Source: Candidatus Saccharimonadales bacterium
GTDB lineage: Bacteria > Patescibacteriota > Saccharimonadia > Saccharimonadales > DATKHC01
Length of the DNA stretch: 64,000 nt
Assembly (NCBI GenBank): GCA_035510465.1
Contig: DATKHC010000001.1
Coordinates: 70,799 to 134,798 of the forward strand
Direction of reading: 5' to 3'
The notes below the pieces were generated by a model. The model saw only the letters and a list, made by a program, of their open reading frames with translations, searched no databases and was not told where the DNA came from. Position 1 is the first letter of the stretch. Every line of letters starts with the position of its first letter. The position numbers and the translations under genes are program-made. Of the stretch, positions 48,212-57,154 are shown piece by piece.

Positions 48212-48985
48212 CTAACTTCCAACACTAAGTATGCCTGAATCGAAAACTTGACTCCCTGAGGATGTATTGTGCAAGAACAATTCACCTGAATTTAAGCCAC
48301 TATACTGGAAGCTTGCGTTATAAACTGTCTCGTTAATCGAAACGGAAAAGTTTATAACAAAAATACCATCAGGGTTGATTGGGCCAGTAGTAATGCTACT
48401 TTGGTTAATAATAGCGCTACTGAGTTTTATGTTTGTAGTTTGGGCAAAAGCAGTCACCCCCTGTTCATAGTCTTGTACTTGCTGGGTTGATAGACCTTGG
48501 TTGATTAAGCCACTGGTATCACCAAAATCTGGCGGCTGGTCACTGGCAGTGGGTGGCTGCTGAAAAATGGTTTTTTGTTGACTAACAGGCAAGTTAGCAT
48601 ACGGTACGTATTTTGGTGTAAATGTGAAAACGAGGTTTTTTAGTTGTTTCCCAAGATTGTCCGTTACTGAGACAACAGTTAACGTATACCTAGTACTTTG
48701 GTTTAGGGGGTAACTTAAGCTCAAGACCAACGCTTTATAACTGACTTTTGTTGAAGTCACTATCGAAGGATTCGAAACAACAATCAAATTACTACTTGAA
48801 ATTGGTCGATTGAAACTAATCTTTATAGAAGAACTGTCTGTGGCAACATTACTCATGCCCGGATTAGTGCTAACTACATGAAAAGTTGAGGCGTAGTAAA
48901 TTAACCAAATTACCCAGAATACAACAAGTACGGCAGCCAACACGAAGACTATTCTTGTTCTTTTTTGAAATATCGAATGATTCAT
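48212..48985 (-). CDS. membrane-anchored protein with Ig-like (SbsA/Big_5-type) domain; last gene of the T4SS-like operon
   Basis: N-terminal TM (IVFVLAAVLVVFWVIWLIYY). This is followed by VVSTNPGMSNV...IKISFNRPI...YTLTVVSVTDNLGKQL, a typical bacterial Ig-like pattern. Confidence 0.5.
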   Translation of the reverse strand: MNHSIFQKRTRIVFVLAAVLVVFWVIWLIYYASTFHVVSTNPGMSNVATDSSSIKISFNRPISSSNLIVVSNPSIVTSTKVSYKALVLSLSYPLNQSTRYTLTVVSVTDNLGKQLKNLVFTFTPKYVPYANLPVSQQKTIFQQPPTASDQPPDFGDTSGLINQGLSTQQVQDYEQGVTAFAQTTNIKLSSAIINQSSITTGPINPDGIFVINFSVSINETVYNASFQYSGLNSGELFLHNTSSGSQVFDSGILSVGS

Positions 48986-48993
48986 AAGCCTCC

Positions 48994-50352
48994 TTAATCT
49001 GGCGACACATACCCAACAATGTTATCTGAATAATACCCCGAAAAAGTATCTAAAGACACCACAGAACCGCTAGCTGGGTGCTGTGAGCCGTATGCATAAT
49101 CCGGTGTACCATTTCCACCTTGATCACCACCAATATAATTCGATTCACCACCACTTGACGAAACAAAGATATTGATGTGATACCAAGGATTTGCCTGAGA
49201 GGGGTCGTAGTGTAGGGCTAAGTCGCCAGGTTGAGGAGTATAACCACTGCTCTCAGGATGCCAGTGGAAATTTTGATTTTGTTGACCAAGCACTTGAATA
49301 GAAACTACTGATGGTTGTCTCCAACCACCATCTAACCCGCCAGAAAATGGGTAGCCCGCTTGGTTATATATCCAACTCACGAAATCGGCGCACCATTCTT
49401 CATAATTATTATCGGTATATTTCAAAAACCCAGTAGCTGCGTAGATGAAGTCTGGATATGGTGAGTTATAATTAGGCTCGGCTTTCCATGTGGCGAGCTC
49501 TTTCTGGGCGTTGCAGACGATATTTTGGCGAGTTTGGCTTAAATTGGATGACGAAACAGAACTAGTAGTGCTAGTGGCCGTTGAGCTAGAGCAGTTGACA
49601 GTACTGCTGCTGCAATTCGAACTAGAACTAGTGGTTGATCCACTATTTCCCGATGCTCCACCGTATTTCGACAAAACTGACTGAGCATCACCTTCACGGT
49701 TCAGTAAGTATCCATCGTCTTGAGGAGGGTTGGTTACGCCTGAATTGGCAATGCCCCCTTCTTCTAACTCGGCTTCGACAAACTGAGTTGCTTGGTTTAA
49801 GTCGGTCATCCCCTGCAAGGATTTAACCCAGTCTTGTACTCCAGTAAGGCCAGTACCACCCATTTCACCCCAGACCATGGCTAGTTGGGTAGAAAGTTCG
49901 TAAATGGGGGAGGTAATCTTAAGACTTTGAGCAATTTGTATGGCCTTGCCGCCTGGCGTCCATTGGGCAATACCCCAACCTCCGCTACCAGCGTCATTTG
50001 GGTTGTTGCTATCGCCACCTATCTGCATTTCGGTTGGGTCTACGTGGGATTCATCCATAAGGTTGCCAACCACAGCCGACGCTTGAATCGGGCTTAAACC
50101 GTTTTGTATGAAAAAGTTATATGCTTGTTGTTCGTTATCATTGCCGGTTAGCGCTGTAACAGTAGCGCCTCCTGCACAGACAGCAGCAACAGCGGCGTCT
50201 GGGTCATAAAACGGAGTCTTTCCGAGGAATGAATTGTAATCAGTGCCCGTATAAGCAAGGGCTTGGCTAGAGGGTAAAATAATCAAACAAACAGCCACTA
50301 ACAATAGCAACACAGCACGTTGATAACGGTTAATTTGTCGCAGGCGATGCAC
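48994..50352 (-). CDS. secreted bifunctional peptidoglycan hydrolase: lysozyme-like (phage-tail-lysozyme-type) N-domain plus CHAP C-domain (VirB1 functional analogue)
   Basis: Signal peptide ending ALA-YTG. The N-domain has VVGNLMDESHVDP...GWGIAQWT. A Ser/Thr-rich linker follows. The CHAP Cys context is EWCADFVSWIYNQAGYPF, with a later His (GDLALHY). Confidence 0.72.
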   Translation of the reverse strand: MHRLRQINRYQRAVLLLLVAVCLIILPSSQALAYTGTDYNSFLGKTPFYDPDAAVAAVCAGGATVTALTGNDNEQQAYNFFIQNGLSPIQASAVVGNLMDESHVDPTEMQIGGDSNNPNDAGSGGWGIAQWTPGGKAIQIAQSLKITSPIYELSTQLAMVWGEMGGTGLTGVQDWVKSLQGMTDLNQATQFVEAELEEGGIANSGVTNPPQDDGYLLNREGDAQSVLSKYGGASGNSGSTTSSSSNCSSSTVNCSSSTATSTTSSVSSSNLSQTRQNIVCNAQKELATWKAEPNYNSPYPDFIYAATGFLKYTDNNYEEWCADFVSWIYNQAGYPFSGGLDGGWRQPSVVSIQVLGQQNQNFHWHPESSGYTPQPGDLALHYDPSQANPWYHINIFVSSSGGESNYIGGDQGGNGTPDYAYGSQHPASGSVVSLDTFSGYYSDNIVGYVSPD

Positions 50353-53011
50353 CGTTTTGTATGTCCGTTAATTGTTGAATTGTTGTGTCGTAGGCCTGTG
50401 CAACTCTCCACCTAAATACCAAATTACCAGGGTCATTATCGGGTGGACACACCGTGTCTATGGGGTCGTTGGTAGTTAAATTACACGGTGAACAAAGTCC
50501 AGTAGCTGCAGGTATTACATCTCCGTTTGAGTCTCGCTGAATTTGACCACTAGATAATAGGTCTCCCATTGTTTTGTTTATACTGTAACAAGTACTAGCA
50601 TATTTACCTGCTATAGAACTCTCTTGCCCGCTTTTGTCTAGAATCATTTGATTCTCAAGCGGTTGATAGCTTGGGTCAGTCTTTATTAGACTTTCCTCCG
50701 GAGCACTCCACCCCCACTGCACGATCCCATAGTCTTGATTGTCGATATTGGTGGAAGCTACTGCGTTTGCTCGTCCAACAAAAGGTAGTTTTGAAATCCA
50801 ACTCAGTGGCTGTAGGATATCTCCGATTTTTGAAAACATCGAACTAAAAAACGATTTAACGGGGATTGATGCAATGGTTGACACTACATGAGAAGTGAGT
50901 GAACTAGGATTACTTAGCGCAAAATACCTCTGGTAAGCGTTTTTCTTAGAGTTGAGAGAGGCAAGGTATGATGTGTCTTGTGAGCTTGTAGCTGCAACTT
51001 CCGAATTTGTGAGAGGCCTACCATAAAACTGCAATTGCTCTAATTGGTTAGCACTTAAATTATTACCAGCATCAGCATCATCAGCAAACTCAGCATTAGT
51101 AGATAGACCACTGTCTGTGGCACCCATTGATGAAACCACTATAAGCTTTGACAGCAAGGTTGCCCCGGCTATGGTAGCAGCCTTACCCAAAGTTTCCTTA
51201 GAAAAAGTACTGGTGAAGATATCCTTTAGAGCATCTTTATTTATTAATTGTTCGGAGAGCTCTGAGGCTATCTGAGATATTACTTCCTGGACACTTAATT
51301 CTGCGCCTTCTTCAGCAGTAGTTGCTCCACCACCAGTGAAGACGTCGGCTATGGCATTTCCCAGAACATTAACTGTAGCCACGGTTATAACTCCCTCAGG
51401 ACTAGTTATGGCTTGGCAGGACGGTTTTATGGCACTGTTAAATGAGCTGGCGATCCAACCAGGCAAACCAACTGAATTAAGGACTACATTGAATAAGCTA
51501 TATGTACCTGATGCGCCAGTTTGTGGACTTAATACTGAAGTGGTATCGATCGTTTGGCCACTGGCTCTCTCTTCCGGTATTGATTGATCTATATTGCCCA
51601 ATTTCCAATTAAAGGCACCTACAGCCTGAGCATTGGTATCACCAGCTTTTTGCTGATCACCGGCGCTATCCACTAAATAACCGGTTTTTTCCATTTCGGC
51701 ATCTTGAGCATCTATAGTTGAGCCAGAGTTATCGATTGAACCATCGTAAATAATGCATAGTGGCAGTGCGACAGCTTGGGCAGGCGATATTGCTCCGAGA
51801 ATATCATTCCACCAACTACTGGCCGTGTCGTTTGCTAAATCGGTGGCTACAACAGCAGGTTCCTCGCCGTCGTTGCTAACTATCGTTTCCAGACACTGCG
51901 CATTCTCCACGCAATTGGTTTCGTCAGCTGCGGCAGCTTTAGCGTCGCTGTTGTCTTGACTAACAGTTGAGCTACCATCAGCAGCTTGATCATCTATGGC
52001 TTTATAGGCGTCTTGTTCTAATTCCGCCTCAGCTTGGGTAGGAGTGTCTTTTGTGTAATCAGCTAGTTCTTGGGGCGTCCAGGCCTCTAGTTCTATACCT
52101 AGGCTCGGCAAAATCTCATCAACGTTGATCGGCCCTCTTATGACTGTGCTAATCCCATCGGTATTTGTAGATAGATCACTTTCAAAAGCTGACTGAGCTG
52201 AGCTTGGATTGCCTGTAAAATCAGCTGCTCCGTGCTCTTGTTGGGCAAAAGCGGCTGGGGTTTTTGCGGTGTCAGTAATAGCATCAGCCTGTCCATCTTG
52301 GGTAATCCCATTTAATTGGCCAGATGGACTATAGTCCAATTGCAATAAACCTTCATCAGGGTTGCTAACGCTGTCTGTTAGAGCGTTTTCAGTTGTTTGA
52401 GGATTGTAGGTTTCAATTTCTTTAAGTGTAGTGTCGCTTTGAGAATCAATTTCATTTTCAAGAGCAGCTTTTTCTTCAGGGCTGGCAGCTTCTATTGCCA
52501 GCTTCTCTTCAGTTATTTCGGCTGAGTCATCCGCAAAGCTTCTGGCGACTCTAGCGAATTGCCAATCGATGATATTTTGCTCAAACCCTGGTATTAAAAG
52601 TGAAGCCGCAAATATTAGGAGAATTGCAATTACCATAAGACCCCCTCCACCCCCTCCACCTATTAACAACAACTTGGTTTTCTTTGAACCGGTTTTTTTG
52701 ATCTTTGACTTCAACGCATTTTTTGCCTTTGATGAGTTATAAAGACCCCCACTAGTTGATGTACCAGATCCTTCTCCGTCCTCATCCTCAGACGAGGAGG
52801 TAAAAATTGCAGGCTCACCACCACCGGTTGTTGGCTTGTAGAAATTTGGGGAACCTACACCCTCTGTTTGGTTATCACTACCTTCGCCTGTTGCACTTGT
52901 TCTGTTTCCCTGGGGAGCCTCACCAGTTGCACTTGTTCTGTTTCCCGGGGAAGTTTCGTATTGCCTAATTTTATCTAGACCTACAGATTTTTTGTCTTCA
53001 TCATCATCCAT
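50330..53011 (-). CDS. large acidic single-pass membrane protein of unknown family, T4SS-locus associated
   Basis: 893 aa. The acidic low-complexity N-terminus has a 12-aa tandem duplication (GNRTSATGE x2). A Gly7 run and TM (LMVIAILLIFAASLLIPG) follow, then a 750-aa D/E/S/T/A-rich ectodomain. It overlaps the hydrolase gene by 23 nt. Confidence 0.5.
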   Translation of the reverse strand: MDDDEDKKSVGLDKIRQYETSPGNRTSATGEAPQGNRTSATGEGSDNQTEGVGSPNFYKPTTGGGEPAIFTSSSEDEDGEGSGTSTSGGLYNSSKAKNALKSKIKKTGSKKTKLLLIGGGGGGGLMVIAILLIFAASLLIPGFEQNIIDWQFARVARSFADDSAEITEEKLAIEAASPEEKAALENEIDSQSDTTLKEIETYNPQTTENALTDSVSNPDEGLLQLDYSPSGQLNGITQDGQADAITDTAKTPAAFAQQEHGAADFTGNPSSAQSAFESDLSTNTDGISTVIRGPINVDEILPSLGIELEAWTPQELADYTKDTPTQAEAELEQDAYKAIDDQAADGSSTVSQDNSDAKAAAADETNCVENAQCLETIVSNDGEEPAVVATDLANDTASSWWNDILGAISPAQAVALPLCIIYDGSIDNSGSTIDAQDAEMEKTGYLVDSAGDQQKAGDTNAQAVGAFNWKLGNIDQSIPEERASGQTIDTTSVLSPQTGASGTYSLFNVVLNSVGLPGWIASSFNSAIKPSCQAITSPEGVITVATVNVLGNAIADVFTGGGATTAEEGAELSVQEVISQIASELSEQLINKDALKDIFTSTFSKETLGKAATIAGATLLSKLIVVSSMGATDSGLSTNAEFADDADAGNNLSANQLEQLQFYGRPLTNSEVAATSSQDTSYLASLNSKKNAYQRYFALSNPSSLTSHVVSTIASIPVKSFFSSMFSKIGDILQPLSWISKLPFVGRANAVASTNIDNQDYGIVQWGWSAPEESLIKTDPSYQPLENQMILDKSGQESSIAGKYASTCYSINKTMGDLLSSGQIQRDSNGDVIPAATGLCSPCNLTTNDPIDTVCPPDNDPGNLVFRWRVAQAYDTTIQQLTDIQNGASPATN

Positions 53012-53069
53012 AAGTGGCCTTAGTTTTTTTGGCTATCATCGATCATTATTTTACTATAGGCCCCGGTCT

Positions 53070-54974
53070 TCACTGACGAAGCTCAATATCGCCGGATGGT
53101 TGGTTGAGCTCACCTTGTTCTGGAGCAGCTCCCTGGTTGACTGGGCCAGGAGTAGTACTAATTAGACCGGCCTCAGTCTGGCTGGCTACCACTTGGATAT
53201 GAACATGGTTCTGTCCAGCGAAAAACAAACCCTGGCCGATAGGGAACTGACTTAAACGTTTTGTTTCCTCTGAAGTTAGCTTAAAAACATTCGACAATAG
53301 ATCAACGGCTGATGGAGACTGTTTAAGCAACAATTGCATTGAAGCGTTGGCTACAATTGCCCGGCCCATTCTCGAGCCGATAAAATCTTCAACATCCTGG
53401 CTAATAGTGGTAATGCCTAAATTATATTTTCTGGCTCGTTTGGCCAGAGAAAACATAAAGTTAGCTGAATCTTCATATTTCATTAACTGCCAGGCCTCGT
53501 CGATTACTAAAAGTCGTTTTTTCTGATCAGTTTTAGTCTTATTCCAGATATAGTTCAACACTATATACATGGCTACAGGCCGCAGTTCATCCTCAAGGTC
53601 TCTAATATTAAAAACTACCATAGGGTTATTTATGTTGATGTTGCTTTGCTGAGAAAATATACCCGCAAATGTCCCCGAGGTATATTTACGTAACCTTTGG
53701 GCGAGTTGTGGCCCAGTGCCTCCCATGTGCAGTAAAACATCGTACAGGTCAGTAATGGTTGGTGGGGTACCCGTATGGGTGAGCGGATCGTTGCTAATGC
53801 CAGCGTTAGAGTAGGTTTGAATTAGGGCACTATCGAGGTCTGATTCCTCAACTGGGGACAAAGCCGGTACTACCGCACTAGTAGTGTTGCCCAACATCTG
53901 AACTTGAGCGCCTCCCATCATTAGCCTAAGTAGTCCATGAAGAGTAATAAGATTACTCCGCAATGCATTGTCAGCTTCTTCGGTGTCAATTACCTGTGGC
54001 AAATCAAACGGATTAATTCTGACACTGGAATTTAGACTAAGACGTACGTAAGCTCCTCCTACCGCCTCAGACATTCTTTGGTACTCATTTTCTGGGTCGA
54101 TGATAAACACCTCAGTCCCAAACATGATACTTCTAAGAGCTTCCAATTTTACGGCAAATGACTTGCCGGCTCCGGATTTGGCAAATACAACTGAGTTGCT
54201 ATTTTCTAAACTGAATCTATCAAACAAGACCAACCCCGAATTATGCATATTAACGCCGTATAAAATACCCTTGTCGTCGCTTAAATTAGCGCTAGTGAAA
54301 GGGAAACTAGTACTCAGTGCGCCAGTCCCGAAGTTACGCCTGATTTGTAGTTCGTCAGTTGCTTGTGGGATTGTGCTATTTAGGCCTTGTTCTTGTTGAG
54401 CGGAGGCGGGTTTAGAATAGATTAATTGCTGGCCGAGTAGTGTTTCGACCTTATGGCCAACAAATTCGAGCTCATCCAAGCTGCCTCCAAAAATAGTGAA
54501 ATAGAAACCGAGCCTGAAGAAATGTTCTTCGCCAACCTGAAGCTTGTCCCTCATTTCCTCAGCATCAGATATAGCGGCTTGTTTACCCGGATCTCTAACA
54601 CGACCTTTTTCGGCGTCAATTTGTAGCCCAGCTTCTAGCTGGCCAACCTTTTTTCTCAAGTTCTCTAAAACGACCTGAGCGTTGACGGGGTATATGAAGT
54701 GGGATATATCTATAACCTCATCTATGTTAATAAGTGGGCTTAACCAGCCAGTAGAAACTTGTCTTGGATACCCATAAACGTAGTAGCTACGGGCATATCG
54801 GGTGCCAATTTGGAAATAGTTGCTTTGAAAGTCTATAAAACTTGGAGCTATGAAATCACGAAGAGCAGTTATGCCTTTTTCAAATGCCTCATTTACCTCT
54901 TGCTGCTCTCTGAGGCGTTGTTCCTGAACAACGGTTACTGGGTCAATTCGCCTTTTTCTCCACCCTAAAGCCAT
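53070..54974 (-). CDS. virB4: type IV secretion VirB4/TrsE/PrgJ-family ATPase
   Basis: Walker A FAKSGAGKSF, IIDPENEY and Walker B RLLVIDEAWQLM. The N-domain pattern YYVYGYPRQVSTGWLSPL...DISHFIYP is typical of Gram-positive-type VirB4. Confidence 0.9.
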   Translation of the reverse strand: MALGWRKRRIDPVTVVQEQRLREQQEVNEAFEKGITALRDFIAPSFIDFQSNYFQIGTRYARSYYVYGYPRQVSTGWLSPLINIDEVIDISHFIYPVNAQVVLENLRKKVGQLEAGLQIDAEKGRVRDPGKQAAISDAEEMRDKLQVGEEHFFRLGFYFTIFGGSLDELEFVGHKVETLLGQQLIYSKPASAQQEQGLNSTIPQATDELQIRRNFGTGALSTSFPFTSANLSDDKGILYGVNMHNSGLVLFDRFSLENSNSVVFAKSGAGKSFAVKLEALRSIMFGTEVFIIDPENEYQRMSEAVGGAYVRLSLNSSVRINPFDLPQVIDTEEADNALRSNLITLHGLLRLMMGGAQVQMLGNTTSAVVPALSPVEESDLDSALIQTYSNAGISNDPLTHTGTPPTITDLYDVLLHMGGTGPQLAQRLRKYTSGTFAGIFSQQSNININNPMVVFNIRDLEDELRPVAMYIVLNYIWNKTKTDQKKRLLVIDEAWQLMKYEDSANFMFSLAKRARKYNLGITTISQDVEDFIGSRMGRAIVANASMQLLLKQSPSAVDLLSNVFKLTSEETKRLSQFPIGQGLFFAGQNHVHIQVVASQTEAGLISTTPGPVNQGAAPEQGELNQPSGDIELRQ

Positions 54975-54977
54975 ATG

Positions 54978-56003
54978 TTATAACCCCTCTACGTCTAAAT
55001 TAGGTTGAGGAGCCAAACCAGGGCCTTTAGTAACTACAGGGGGGTTTAAATCGTTAAAGTTCTTGAGTTGCTGTCTGACAGCTGTATCAGGGTTGTAGGT
55101 GTCATAGTAAAGTTCAATGAGCTCCTGTGTATCCAGAGGCAAGCCTTTGATATTACATTGAGCCAGCCCTCCTAAAATAGCCTCAACACGAGTTCTAAGC
55201 TCGTCCTTAGCCTTGGCTAAATCGGCCTCATTAATGACTACCGTTTTCTCTTTTTTCGAAAACAGAGCTCCAAGTCCTGTAAAAAAGTTCTTACTTTGAG
55301 CAATAGCTTGTTGAATGTTCTCAACAGGTGAGTAAGGAACGATTATATAAAAACCCTTGTCCATTATGTTGGTATGTTGAGACAAATCGACCATAAAATT
55401 AAGATAATCTTCCATTAAAACCGCCAGCAACATGTTGTCTTGTTCTAGTCGCATTTTGTCCAGTTTGTTTATGTACGGAGAAATATCCACACGCTCGGAG
55501 TGAATGAAAATCTGGATAGGGAAATACATTGCGTTCAAAAAACCCTGGTAGGCAAACTCAACAGCCTCTTTTTCGTCCGGGCTCATAAGGTCGAAATTAA
55601 TCGGTTTTACCATGATGACTGATCTATACGTGCCATCGTTTAAAATCACAATCCCATCTCTAATCTCGGCTATTTGTAGAGCATTTTGAGAACTGTTAGG
55701 GTTAACTTTTTTGGGTATTGGGGCAACTCCTTGCTGGGCTGGTGTGGGTGCGGGTGGCAATTGATTAGCAGAGGGTATAAAAGGTGGCTGCCCAGATACA
55801 GGGGGATTAAAGCTAGCACTGCTACCATTGCTAGGCTGATTAAGAATCTGGTTGGCCTGAGCTTGAAAATCAAAAGTTGGAGCTGCTGGTTCGGTTGGGT
55901 TGTTTGTAAAATCCTGCGCAGAATAAGTCCCATCGGCGTTTAGCACCGTTGGGTCTTGACCAGTTGTGTTACTGTTTGGATTTGTTTTAGGCTCAGGATT
56001 CAT
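54978..56003 (-). CDS. hypothetical T4SS-associated protein: Pro/Gln-rich N-terminus plus domain resembling a VirB4 N-terminal (non-ATPase) domain
   Basis: 341 aa. DGIVILNDGTYRSVIMVKPINFDLMSPDEKEAVEFAYQGFLNAMYFPIQIFIHSERVD resembles the N-terminus of Tn916-class VirB4 proteins, from memory. No Walker motifs. It ends 3 nt before virB4. Confidence 0.45.
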   Translation of the reverse strand: MNPEPKTNPNSNTTGQDPTVLNADGTYSAQDFTNNPTEPAAPTFDFQAQANQILNQPSNGSSASFNPPVSGQPPFIPSANQLPPAPTPAQQGVAPIPKKVNPNSSQNALQIAEIRDGIVILNDGTYRSVIMVKPINFDLMSPDEKEAVEFAYQGFLNAMYFPIQIFIHSERVDISPYINKLDKMRLEQDNMLLAVLMEDYLNFMVDLSQHTNIMDKGFYIIVPYSPVENIQQAIAQSKNFFTGLGALFSKKEKTVVINEADLAKAKDELRTRVEAILGGLAQCNIKGLPLDTQELIELYYDTYNPDTAVRQQLKNFNDLNPPVVTKGPGLAPQPNLDVEGL

Positions 56004-56050
56004 TGAGCTTACTATTGCCCCCTAAATGATCAATAACAATTGTAGCCAAA

Positions 56051-57115
56051 TTAGTGCAATGATACTACTACTTCTTCAGGGAGATCATCTTTAGGAGGAC
56101 GTTTCTTCGCTTCGCTTGCTATAGTTGCGACACTTTTATTATTATCAGCAGCTAAAGATGACACTTTTTTACTTTGGGCATCGCTTTGTTTAACCCCACT
56201 TTTTTTCAAGCCCGTATCAGTTTTTGATAGCGGCTCCAAAACATGAGTGTGACCGTAAGCTGGGTTAGGCCCTTGGTGTGCTTTCTTGATTTTTTCTGCT
56301 AACTGAGGAGTTATAGATGCGTTTTGAGTACTTTCGTCATCGTCATCACCCGGACGGTAAACAGTTAAGTCAGAAAAAGTTTGATGTCTAGGGTCAGATG
56401 CCTGTAGGGTAGTCGGTTGATTCATGAACCAATAGTCTTGTTTCGTTTGTTTGTTGTCTTTGGACTCGGGGTGGTCAACCAAAGTTTCATGATATTGCCG
56501 TTGTTCGTGTTCGTTTTGCTCAATAGCTTGAGCTAAATGCTGAGATGTCGGATTGGCGTTATCCAAAATATCGTCTTCTAAAGTCACATCATAGCTAGGG
56601 ACGTCCTGCGGTAGAGTACTTACATTTATTAAACGGTCAGAATCCTCCTCGGTAGACATATAGTCTGGTTGGTTATACATATTGACCCCAACGTTTTTTA
56701 CAGCCCAGCCTCTCGTATCAATTGTGTTTGCAAGCGCCTTTAAGCGGCTTTTCGCCTCTGTTTCCGAAAAGTTTTTAGTCATCTGCCGAGCAACAACAGC
56801 AGGAGCAGTAATCTTGACTAACTCTTGATAACCTCCTTGTTTCCAAATCCGTCTTCTGGGTTTCAGAAAAAACCGTACGCGGGCTAGAAGCCATATTTCG
56901 TTTGGTTGATCCCTGCCAAAGGGAATTGCTAGTGCCCCGAATAGGATAATGGGCAAAAACAGTGGAATGATGGCTACTATGCTGATTGAAGCAAGCTTGT
57001 AGTCTATGAACATCAAAACTACAGTTATGCCTGCGTAAATGAACTGACGCAGGGTCAGGGGCCCGAGTAGCTTATCCTCCGCTTCTATGTCTTGTATTAC
57101 TTTATAAGTTGCCAT
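56051..57115 (-). CDS. PrgI-family (VirB3-like) membrane protein with long C-terminal extension
   Basis: The N-terminal MATYKVIQDIEAEDKLLGPLTLRQFIYAG followed by two TM helices matches the PrgI pattern. The remaining 250 aa or so are polar and charged. Confidence 0.6.
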   Translation of the reverse strand: MATYKVIQDIEAEDKLLGPLTLRQFIYAGITVVLMFIDYKLASISIVAIIPLFLPIILFGALAIPFGRDQPNEIWLLARVRFFLKPRRRIWKQGGYQELVKITAPAVVARQMTKNFSETEAKSRLKALANTIDTRGWAVKNVGVNMYNQPDYMSTEEDSDRLINVSTLPQDVPSYDVTLEDDILDNANPTSQHLAQAIEQNEHEQRQYHETLVDHPESKDNKQTKQDYWFMNQPTTLQASDPRHQTFSDLTVYRPGDDDDESTQNASITPQLAEKIKKAHQGPNPAYGHTHVLEPLSKTDTGLKKSGVKQSDAQSKKVSSLAADNNKSVATIASEAKKRPPKDDLPEEVVVSLH

Positions 57116-57154
57116 TTTTTTAAACTTCTAATTCACGCTTAATTATATATAACC

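Noticed and set aside
48994-50352. Prophage signal from the phage-tail-lysozyme-like domain
   Set aside because: No other phage genes (terminase, capsid, tail, integrase) are nearby. The enzyme is embedded in the T4SS operon, where a VirB1-type hydrolase is expected.
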